Assembly (NCBI GenBank): GCA_002633005.1
Contig: NMRA01000366.1
Span: 198,319 to 262,318, forward strand
DNA: 64,000 nt
DNA from: Phoronis australis
Taxonomy: Eukaryota > Animalia > Phoronida
Reading direction: 5' to 3'
Position 1 is the stretch's first letter. Each line of letters starts with the position of its first letter. The notes under the pieces were generated by a model that was given only the letters and a program-made list of their open reading frames with translations, was not told where the DNA came from and searched no databases. The translations under genes and the position numbers were made by a program. Shown one piece after another: positions 38,204-49,200 of the stretch.

Positions 38204-39619
38204 TTTTTCAATGGACTGCTTGATGTAGGTATCACCAGGATGTCAGAAATTATGTTGTTGTGCAACTGAACGAAGTGACTCACGAAAGCAATGTTAAGAA
38301 CTGAGGGAAATCATAAGAAATTCCTCACAGTGTTGCCATATTAAGGAATGGTTATTTGGCTCTGGGATGTTTATGTGAACACTGTAGCATCCTGTTTATA
38401 ACATGTGTAGATAGATTCCAGGGGACACAGTTATTAGTCATTGTGCTCTAATAGGGCTAAGCCTCTACAGAAAGTAAACAAATCAGTACAACTACATGCA
38501 ACACTGGCAAAGACCCATTTGAAATAATTAAAACCTCAATTAGAATAATAACAAACAACAAATTCATGTCACATCACATTTTTAATAAAACACAGACCTT
38601 ATATAATCCAGGAATACGAGTTTGAATAGCTCACTAACATGGTGAACAGCTGTTCTGTTTTCGTTTCTGACATTATAGTAATGGCTGACTACCGTTATGC
38701 GAAGCCTGTGGCTGTTTTGTAAACTAAATTCCGGAGTTACACGACCTCTGTCTATAGCCAGCTTGCTAGCTGTATGAAGACTATCCTAAAAATACAGATA
38801 GGTACCACTGTTTGTTGAGCTCTGACAGACTTCAAAATTGCACACAACGAGGGTATTTCTGTTTGTCACCTCGTAGTGAAAAGTTAAAACATGTAGAACT
38901 AATGATCGGTGGGAATGCATGCAAAGTCTGGGAGCCAACTGACACCTTGCCCATTGCAGTCATTTTTTGTGAAAAACATCTAAATTAAATATACATAGTC
39001 ATATTTTGCATAATTCTCCACCTGTTGTAAAGGAAAGCCTGTGGTTGTTTTGAAAACAGTGCATCATTTCCTATTTTTGTGACGTCACTCATTTGGAAGA
39101 TGATGACAGCTTTGCAACAAGGTTTTATATTCTGAAATTCCGTATTGTTGGTATCATAATTATGGTAAAAGCTTTAAATAACAAAATGAAATCAGTTCTG
39201 ATAATTTGTGGTCACATGTACGCAACCTCGTTGTAGTAGGACAGTTGATTTAAGAATCGTCAAAAAAGAAACCGACCAGTACGTAATGCTTAATATCAGT
39301 AAATAATTTAGTTTTCTAAAGGTGAAGTGTTGATTTTAATCACAGTAATTTTGTGTCACATTTTATTTGTCCAGTTTTTACCCACATTGGTGAAAGTCGG
39401 ACTGTATAGTATACAGCTTTGTACCAAGGCTACATACTCGTCATAGCCAACCCGTAACCTTCTAGCTTTGATTTGCTACATGTTGGCAACTGTTAGTGGA
39501 CCAAAGTTGCACATTTAGACTAGTGAATGCAAGTTTATTTCATAGTTATGTTTGAAATGCAGTGCTCTAGTACTCGGCGTCTTTATTCATTTGATTTTTC
39601 ACAGTGTGTGATATCAAAA

Positions 39620-39848
39620 GGCTGTTCACCACCCGGCATCACAGGGCTGCTCACCATCCTGCACCACAGGGCTGCTCACCATCCTGCACCACAGGGCTGC
39701 TNCTGCTCACCATCCTGCATCACAGGGCTGCTCACCATCCTCCATCACAGGGCTGCTCACCATCCTGCATCACAGGGCTGCTCACCATCCAGCACCACAG
39801 GGCTGCTCACCATCCTGCATCACAGGGCTGCTCACCATCCTGCATCAC
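39620..39848. repeat. 25-bp minisatellite, ~9 copies
   Basis: Unit CACAGGGCTGCTCACCATCCTGCAT. Confidence 0.95.
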
Positions 39849-39887
39849 ATCTAAAGACTCATAGATTGTAGTAATTACTGAATCACC

Positions 39888-40225
39888 ATGGCAGCAGTTT
39901 GTTTGCATAACTCTTTCACCAAAAAAATGTTTCGGTTTTTATTTTTGAAGTTGAAACGACAACCAGGCCTGCTCTCCACATTTTGCTCAGCAAGTCTTCA
40001 GCCAAGGCAATGGAGTCAAAGAGTGCATAATAAGCTAACAATGAAACGTAGCTTGCAGAGAAACTGGTCGACTCCACAAAAGTTCAGCTCTGTTACTGCA
40101 AGTAGTCCGCCTATAACAGTGCTGGGGATAGAGACTAGCTGTGACGACACAGGTGTGGCTGTTGTTAACGATAGTGGTCACATTCTGGGTGAGGCACTGG
40201 TAAACCAAACGACAACACATCTACA
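39888..40225 (+). CDS. OSGEPL1: OSGEPL1 coding exon 1
   Basis: MAAV...VLGIETSCDDTGVAVVNDSGHILGEALVNQTTTHL; donor CA|GTTAAG, phase 2. Confidence 0.88.
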
Positions 40226-43200
40226 GTTAAGTTTTCCCTTTTAGAGTGAAGTTTAAACAGGTCACATTTCTTTATTGGAATTGTTTTGTGATGTACTTTT
40301 TGGAAATGGCTTGAATTCTACTGATGAGTTTTATGGTTTTTTGGTAACCTCAACACTTGAGAGGAGAGGGTTTAGGAGAAATGACAAGTGGTGGGTGTTC
40401 ACTTGTTATAAATACAGGAGAAGTTGACACAAAACGTATGAAATGACAAGTGGTGGGGGTTCACTTGTTATAAATACAGGAGAAGTTGACACAAAACGTA
40501 TGAAATGACAAGTGGTGGGTATTCACTTGTTATAAATACAGGAGAAGTTGACACAAAACGTATGAAACAAGTAGGAAAACAAATATGACTCCTGATTAAG
40601 CAACTGCTTGACCATTCTAGAACTATTCTCACTGGCTTTGTGACTTGGCCATTCTAGAACTATTCTCACTGGCTTTGTGACTTGGTCATTCTAGAACTAT
40701 TCTCACTGGCTTTGTGACTTGGCCATTCTAGAACTATTCTCACTGGCTTTGCGACTTGGCCATTCTAGAACTATTCTCACTGGCTTTGCGACAAACTTGG
40801 TGCTATATTCCATTACATAAGATTATGTCTTCATAACTGTTTCAGAGAAGTAAGCAGTGAACACGTTGGTATAATGGAGAGATAGCCAGATTTGAAGATT
40901 TAATTGGGCATTTCAGTGAAAAGGTCAACCTAAAGACAAAAAAAAATTAAATTTCTGATCTCATCTAAAAGCTTAGTTTCTAGTTTCAGGACCCATATTT
41001 AAATTTTCTATGATTTTGAATTTTTTTTAAAAAAAACCATTTTTGGAGGTCACATGTCCCTAAAAATTACCCCGATTTTTATGTGTGTTGCTAATTATTA
41101 TCATAAGTAGGCTAATTACGGGTACACTACTTTATTAAATTTGCGCAATCACATGAAGCCTAAAATTTCTAAACATGTCATTTGAACCGTAGAACACCGT
41201 CGACCTCTTTGGGTCAAAGTCCAACTGTTGGATATCATTGTGCCATACATCCATCACAAAGATGCTAAAAGGCTTATAGCTACATCAAAAGTTTTCAATC
41301 AAAATTAAAATAATTTCATATTCTCTTTTAACTTGCTAGTCAATACGATTGACCAATTTGAAACCAGGGATTATTTGTTAAGTCAGATTTCACGTGACTG
41401 ACTGACGTACAGAAAATTTGTACGTCTGTCACGTACCTTCGTCACACCCATAAATTTACAATTTTCAGACAATGAAAGTAACCTTAGGTCTTGTTTTCAC
41501 TTTCCAAACGTGCAGAAGACAAAATGTGTCTCGCACCTGAGAACCTGAAACAACTGAATATTACAAACACAACTATAAAATCATGTAAAGAAGTTGCTAC
41601 GCATTTAAACTAGATGCATTGTACTTTAAATTTCAGTTTCGAAGTATTACTGAAAAGTTGTACTTTACAGTGTAACCTAATTATTCGTAGTAGAATTCAA
41701 ATGGATAAAGTTAGACAGATGGACCACATAACAAAATGTAAATAAAAGAAAATGTTAATTTAAGTGTCCTGCATTTGTAAACTTGAGAGATCCTTAGTTT
41801 TTGGAAAATTGCAGAAGCAAAAAGTCACAAAAAATTTCATAAGGTACAAATTGATAGATTCTTATTTTTACAACCAGGAAAGCATAATACCTGACAGTTT
41901 CGGCTCCTGTCAGCAGCCATCTTTCGAAGTTTTCCGTCGGACTAAGCGAACACAGAAAGGAGCAGTCTCAGCGTAGGGTGACATGTTCAGAGAGGAGATG
42001 GTCTCAAGAGTTCTATTAACATATCTGCAGTCACTGATCATGTTCTTTGTTTTAATCAAAAGATATTTAACTAACTGGGATGATGGTTGTCCTGTTGAGT
42101 CGGAAAATAATTGAAGATCTAGACGAATAAGAGAGGCTATCTAGTGGGTCAGAAAAAAGTGACTCAGGAACAGGGACAATGGAGGGCATAAGTTGTCTAA
42201 GATTTGGAACAGCCTCATCACCACGCCACCTAGTGTTAAATAACTATGGAAGATGGCTGCTGAAATGAAGGTATGATGCTTTCGTGCTTGTGAAAATACG
42301 AAATTATCAATTTAGAAGCAAAAAGACATATAAAAGAATTTTTAAAGTGCTGTAGGAGGACTACATGTAAAGTTGCAGTTCTGCTGAAATCAACGAGTTA
42401 TTTCCACTCTAAACCGCTATATTTTGTATTGAAAAAGCCGATGCTGGACTTTTTTAAATGGTAGCAACCTGTGACCTACTTTATTAAACATTTTTGTCAC
42501 ACGTTCACTGACTAGTCACTCGGCTTGTGTTTTTCGGTGTCTTGGGTGGCTTGTATGAAGTGATTTCACAGCAAATGATTGAATCGTCTCATTTTACATG
42601 TTTTTGGCAAAACGAAAATCTTGATCTTACAATCTTTTTGAGAAAGATTATTTGTTTTCTAAGCCTCTGGAAGATTGAAATGAAAGAGGAAATTGCTGGA
42701 GACCATAGGAAGAACAAATGCGACTGAGAGAGGAACAAATATCTGCTGGAATGTTCTCTGAAACTCGGAAAAAATGCCATGATCGTGAATCAAAAAATTC
42801 ATAATTCTCTCTGCACGAACCATGATACAACTTTATTTTGCGCCTCTCTTTGAAATTGAAAAGAAGATATGTCACGAATTAAAAAACTAAATGAAAAAGA
42901 CAGCTAATCACTTGTAAGGACCAGCATCTCGTAATTTTTATCACTTTGACATATTCCTAAAAGGTAATCCTTAATTTAATGTAATTTGTCTGCAAGACCG
43001 TATCGGTGTAATATGAATGTTATAAGTCGATGCTGTCAACTGGACCATGCTGAACCAATTGTCTTCTTAACACGTTATAAGAAGATACTGAAGTCCTGTT
43101 ACAATACTTTTAAAACATCAAGTTGAATTTCTGGTTTGAGACCATGGCACAGGTTAATCACTATTGGCGCAAGGTTATCAAATGTGCACCAGATAAAATT

Positions 43201-46200
43201 TCGTAGTTTGTTGTTAAGAAACGAACAGTTTGAAGTTCTGTTTTGAAGTTGGACATTTCTTTATTTCCTACAGATGCCAGTCTCCAACTTTTTACTTGGA
43301 GGTTCCATACCCTCAAGTCTTGTTCGGACCTTGGAGGCAAGGTTTTGTCTGTAAAAATTGAACTTTGCATGCGTGGTCACATTTCATTGGCTGCTTCCTT
43401 TATTTGTGACTTGATGTTACAGACGTGGAGGCATCATCCCGCCTGTTGCCCGAGATCTTCATGAGCAATGCATTGAATCGACCACGCATCATGCACTTGA
43501 CCAAGCCAACATGTCTATCCAGGTGAGTTGAAATGATTTGATAGTCGTAATGACGTAAATTTGTCTAAGCTGACTATCTTTGGTTGTAATTGTCGACTCC
43601 AGATTAATTAATATTGCTTTGCCATACCCCAAATTCATTTGCCAACTGCAGATTTATTGCTTTGCTATACCCCTAATGTTATTTGTCAAGTATGGATTAA
43701 TAGTGCTTTGCTATACCCCTAATGTTATTTGTCAAGTATGGATTAATATTGCTTTGCCATACCCCAAATTCATTTGCCAACTGCAGATTTATTGCTTTGC
43801 TATACCCCTAATGTTATTTGTCAAGTATGGATTAATAGTGCTTTGCCATACCCCTAATGTTATTTGTCAAGTATGGATTAATAGTGCTTTGCTATACCCC
43901 TAATGTTATTTGTCAAGTATGGATTAATAGTGCTTTGCTATACCCCTAATGTTATTTGTCAAGTATGGATTAATAGTGCTTTGCCATACCCCTAAAGTCA
44001 TTATTGATTATAGTCTTGGCTGATTAAATTCTCCAACTAATATTCACAAATTCAGCCTTTGCTGTAGTTGTTCTTTTAATTTAATTTAAATGCTGAATGT
44101 TTTGTTTTGTCAGGATGTTAGTGCTATAGCTGTGACAGTCAAGCCTGGTCTGGGACTGTCCCTGGGGGTGGGGCTGGAGCATGCTAAACAGCTGGTCTGT
44201 GCCAGTGGCAAGCCGCTTATTCCCATCCACCACATGGAGGCTCATGCGCTCACAGCCCGCATGATTCAACTGTAAGGATTTCTAAGTACGGTTATTTCAA
44301 TAAGGAGTTCACAAAAGTTCTTAAAGTGCTTAAAATCACCAGTTTCGTGTCAAAAACATCAAAAAAAAAAACAACCCTACCAGTCGATCAGCTGTCAAAT
44401 TAAAACACCCGTAAACACTATGAGATGTTAATTTAGCTGATCTCGAGTTACGACCATTTATTGGTTTAATTTGTTTTGCGCCCATAGCTGTATCTCCTAA
44501 ACCCACTGCTGGATCTTTATTAAATTTAGTAAGTGTATTTATGTGAAGCTAACAACAGACAATGACGACTTTCAGGCGGATCAGCAATTTCATTTCATTC
44601 TGTTTTCCTTTGCTTCTCCAAAGTTCTGTGACAGATTTCTATGAAATTTGGTGAATAGCTTTCTATTAAAGAAGCTATGACATGTTCTCATTTCGGGATG
44701 GATTGTACGTTTTTGTGCCATCTAGTGGCCATTTTTATGACACAAATAAACAACCCTAAAAGCACACCGTTTGCGATGTTCGTGGGCGCATTTCAACGCT
44801 CGCGTTGCTCTTGTTTGTAAACTTATGTTCCATTTATTTAGGATTGAGTTCCCTTACCTCGTGTTATTGGCCAGTGGTGGACACTGCTTATTGGCTATTG
44901 CAAGAAATGTTAATGACTTTTTGCTGATTGGTCAAAGTTATGATGATTCACCAGGAGAGGCCTTAGACAAGGTGTGTATATTTTTTCATACGTTTAGAAT
45001 TACCTGCGACTTTTGAGGCAAGTTAATTTTTTCATATGGTGGAAACCCAAATGTATCACAACCTGCACTTTTTGTTATCCGCCCACATATCTATATGTGG
45101 ACGCATTATGCCGTCATCTCTGTCTGTCCGTCTGTCCGTCCGTCCGGGCGGCGTCCGGCGTCCGCTGCTCTATCTCCAAAACCCTTTGACATACGTTCAT
45201 GAAATTTGGCACATATGTTCCATTCATGAATGGGACGGCATGTGCGAACTTTCGGACGGATCCGATTACCGGTGTGCCCCCTAGTGGCAATTTTAGTTTT
45301 TTACGCTTACCTTTGTATCTTCAAAAGTCCTGAANNNNNNNNNNNNNNNNNNNNNNNNNNNNNNNNNNNNNNNNNNNNNNNNNNNNNNNNNNNNNNNNNN
45401 NNNNNNNNNNNNNNNNNNNNNNNNNNNNNNNNNNNNNNNNNNNNNNNNNNNNNNNNNNNNNNNNNNNNNNNNNNNNNNNNNNNNNNNNNNNNNNNNNNNN
45501 NNNNNNNNNNNNNNNNNNNNNNNNNNNNNNNNNNNNNNNNNNNNNNNNNNNNNNNNNNNNNNNNNNNNNNNNNNNNNNNNNNNNNNNNNNNNNNNNNNNN
45601 NNNNNNNNNNNNNNNNNNNNNNNNNNNNNNNNNNNNNNNNNNNNNNNNNNNNNNNNNNNNNNNNNNNNNNNNNNNNNNNNNNNNNNNNNTATGTGATGTT
45701 GACAACGGACGATGACGACTTTAGGGTGATTCTGACTACCGGTATGCCTCTAGTGGCAATTTTAGTATTTGCCTCTAGTGGCAATTTTAGTATTTTATAT
45801 TGACCTCTGTATTTTCATAGGTCTTCAGGTGTATACTTTGTGTTACTTCGTGACTATGAAGGAAAAGTTCCAAGTAGAAATTTGTTTCTGGCATTCTAAT
45901 GCTGTGCTAATCTCGTATGTTGGTAAATTTGTTCTTAATTCTTTCTGTGGTGCTTTAAGCAACTGGTGTATAGGATTTGCTTGTATTATGAAGATTACTC
46001 ACATTTTGCCCCTAGCCTATTGAGGAGACAATGACCATGCCTTTCCATTTTGCAAATTACAACATACTACATATATGCCCTCTACTGGCCACTTTATGGT
46101 ACCAATAAACAACCCTAGAAGGATACCATATGCGGTGCAATTGTGGGCGCATTTCAATGCTCTGCGTTGCTCTTGTTAATAATGTAGTCTTGTGCTTAAG

Positions 46201-49200
46201 TATTTTCAATAATATTTTTGTTTTTGTGGCTTCAAATTGTTGTCAGCTAATTTATCTTTATGTTTTAAGAAATACAGCATCCTTCATTCAACAAGCAATG
46301 GCAATTAGGAGCAAAATTATGAGTAGGCCTATTTGATAAATTAACGAAATTAAACTGTTTGTATATTAATATATTGTGGGCCAATGGCCCTATGAGTTTT
46401 GAATTAAACATTTTGTTGTTTGTTGTTTGTTGAAAGTCGAAAGTTGCTGGCAATGTTGTGGTCATGCCAAAGCAGATCATAAAATTTGCTCTGGAGTACT
46501 GTCTATTTATTTTGTATTGGACTTCAGAACTTTTCTGACATCATATAATTGCAAAAACTGAAGAAGTTTTAATGAAGATTATTTCAGTAAAGTGGTTTCA
46601 GCTGCTGATTTAAAGTCATGGAAATGTTTAGGCAATTTGACATTCGCGTTTATTAAATGTTTGAATATTATGTATTAACTAAACAATTTTTGTCATTCCA
46701 TCTGCATGTACTAGCATTTAGACAAAGAATCAGCCAGTTCCAAACATACTGTTGAATTGCAGACAGCTAGGCGACTTGGTCTGAAGAATATTCCAGAATG
46801 CTCCAGCATGCCTGGTGGAGCTGCCATTGAATACATGGCCAGGAAAGGTGACCCATGGTCATTTGCCTTGACTGAGCCACTGCTGAAGACTGCCAACTGT
46901 TGCTTCTCCTTCTCAGGTTTGAAAGAACAAGTCAGGAAGATTATAGAGAAAGAAGAGAGTAAACACGGTAAACAAAGACAAGTGTTAACCTTGTGTCTAA
47001 TATAGTCAAAAAAAGCAAGTCAGGCTGATTAAATAATTTTGAGAGACAACTACACCTTCCAATTTTTGGTTGGATTTGTTGTATTCTGAGCGACCGTATG
47101 ACCACTTTATGATTTTCCTAGAAGCACACTGTTTGCGTTACGGTCCTTGGTGCCTTTCAATGCTCCGCATTGCTCTTGTTAATACATGTATATTGTCTGC
47201 CCTTGCAGCGATCTACTAATTATTTTATTTACAAAATATCGTAAAACCACATCATTTACTTTTAACTTCAGTTTCTTGAATTAAGAATTCCTGGTTTTCA
47301 AATTTGGTTGTTTTTAATTTGTCCGCATTTATCAGAGCTTGACACTAACGAACGTCTGACCGTTTTGACAGCAGGTAACTAATTTGTTGTCAACCATCTT
47401 ATTCTTCAATTCAGTGGTATGTCTAATCAGCAAGTTAATGTCATTCAAAGCTTTATGTATAAATCATGCAGAGTTCACCTGAGCTTGATGACCAAGCTGT
47501 TTAACTCATCAGAATTTGAAAGCAGTTGTTTTACAAATTTGGAAGGAACAATGTTTGCTCGTGTCAATTATGAATTATTTTGTTGAATTCATTAATTACA
47601 GCGTGATAACTTGGGAAAGCAAGATTCTCACTCTGGAAAGTGACACTTTTGGTTTACTTGCCCAGCAGACTAGTAAAAAAATTATTTTTGTAGTACACGT
47701 TAAGCAGCTGAATGTATTATGTTGTCGGTAGTGATGTTTCATGATGTCACAGCACAGCTAACCATTTTTTTTCTAACTAGACAGAAAAAGTTTAACGACC
47801 AGTCAGGAAAGGTCTGTTAAGTTTTAGCTAACCTTACTGGCAACTTCAATGCCAACTTCTATGCAGACTCTTGTTGTAGGCTCTCTGCTGCCGACTAGCC
47901 CTTTGCAGGACCAGTTTTAGCGCCTCTGTCTGTTATCATTCGTCCAAGTTTCTCCGTTTTATATAGTGAAACTGCAACTTTATCGTGAATTATTTAATGC
48001 TTAGGAAAGGACATTTTCCAGGGCTTGGAATTTTCCGCGGAAACACGGATTTCCGCTTTTTTCAAATGTTCTGTCCGCGTATTTTATAATATTTCCGCGT
48101 TTCCGCGTAAAAAAACGGATTTGATATAAAATTTCCGCGGCAAATTTCTTTCTTACCGCCGCTTTGCCGACAACTTTCACCTCGAAAAGCGGAAGTTGCT
48201 CTTTATGTTTCGGAGGAACGTAAATTGTCAACATTGCCGGGGCATCTGGGATAGCATGGTGGATTTCCTCAATGGCGGCTCGTGTGATTGTAAACCGCGG
48301 CGACAAATACTACGACTCTGCAGCCAAAAATGTTTGGAGGCGGGAGTGGTGGACGAGCTAAGACAGACGCACGCTTCCGGAGGTGGTACCGTTTATTTTT
48401 ATTATTTTTTTTTTTAAATTTTTTTTTTTATAGTCCTCTCTCGATTTTTGTCGGCAAAAGGTCCACACCGGCTTTTTCAAGGCTGCCTGCGCGCATGTTT
48501 TGGGCCGTAAAAATTTCCGCGTTTTTCGCCATTTGTCATTCCAAGCCCTGATTTTCATACCCATTTTGCATAAAATATATCCAAACAAGATTTAATAATT
48601 ATGTAGACAAATCTTTTTTCATGTTCTATCGCGCGTTTTGTAAGAACAGTAAGTATGATTTGAATCGTGTGTTTAACGAGCAAGTTGTTAAACCAAAGTC
48701 ATTACCGGTGTGGCCACAGAATGCAATGCAAACAACACCATTCTGAGAAAACAATTTCATAAACATGTACAATGTTATTACCTATTGAGAATATGTGTGT
48801 AATCAGAATTGGTCATCAAATCTAGTTGACCATATTGCCCACTCAACGGTTCAGCAATTAAAAGTGAACAGCTAATCACTTGTAGCAGATCTTTGCTTGT
48901 CTGGTTGAGCCAGCTAGCCGATCGGTCGCCAAGTGGCTACCAATCAGTCGGAAAGAAACCTGTGACTAGTACTGTGTCGGTATACTGTAATGGAATTCAT
49001 CTCATTCTTGTCTCTAGGTGTAGCTGTGACTTGTACTGTGTCGGTATACTGTAATGGAATTCATCTCATTCTTGTCTCTAGGTGTAGCTGTGACTTGTAC
49101 TGTGTCGGTATACTGTAATGGAATTCATCTCATTCTTGTCTCTAGCTGTAGCTGTGACTTGTACGGTGTCGGTATACTGTAATGGAATTCATCTCATTCT

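Larger units (their letters stand above)
36889..38753. mobile_element. Internally deleted ISL2EU-like (PIF/Harbinger clade) DNA transposon
   Basis: AT|AGACAGA...TCTGTCT|AT gives a short TIR with a 2-bp AT TSD. A THAP ORF (+) and a SWIM-finger ORF (-) converge and are fused at ~37800, the ISL2EU two-gene layout with the DDE and YqaJ parts lost. Confidence 0.75.

Noticed and set aside
40199-40205. Alternative exon 1 donor CTG|GTAAAC
   Set aside because: It is phase 0, incompatible with exon 2, and would drop the conserved H before GG.
40607-40792. 37-bp repeats resembling a CRISPR array
   Set aside because: Units are contiguous with no spacers, the context is a eukaryotic intron, and there are no cas genes.
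45230-45784. Long ORFs of X residues
   Set aside because: Artefacts of the N gap at 45335-45689.
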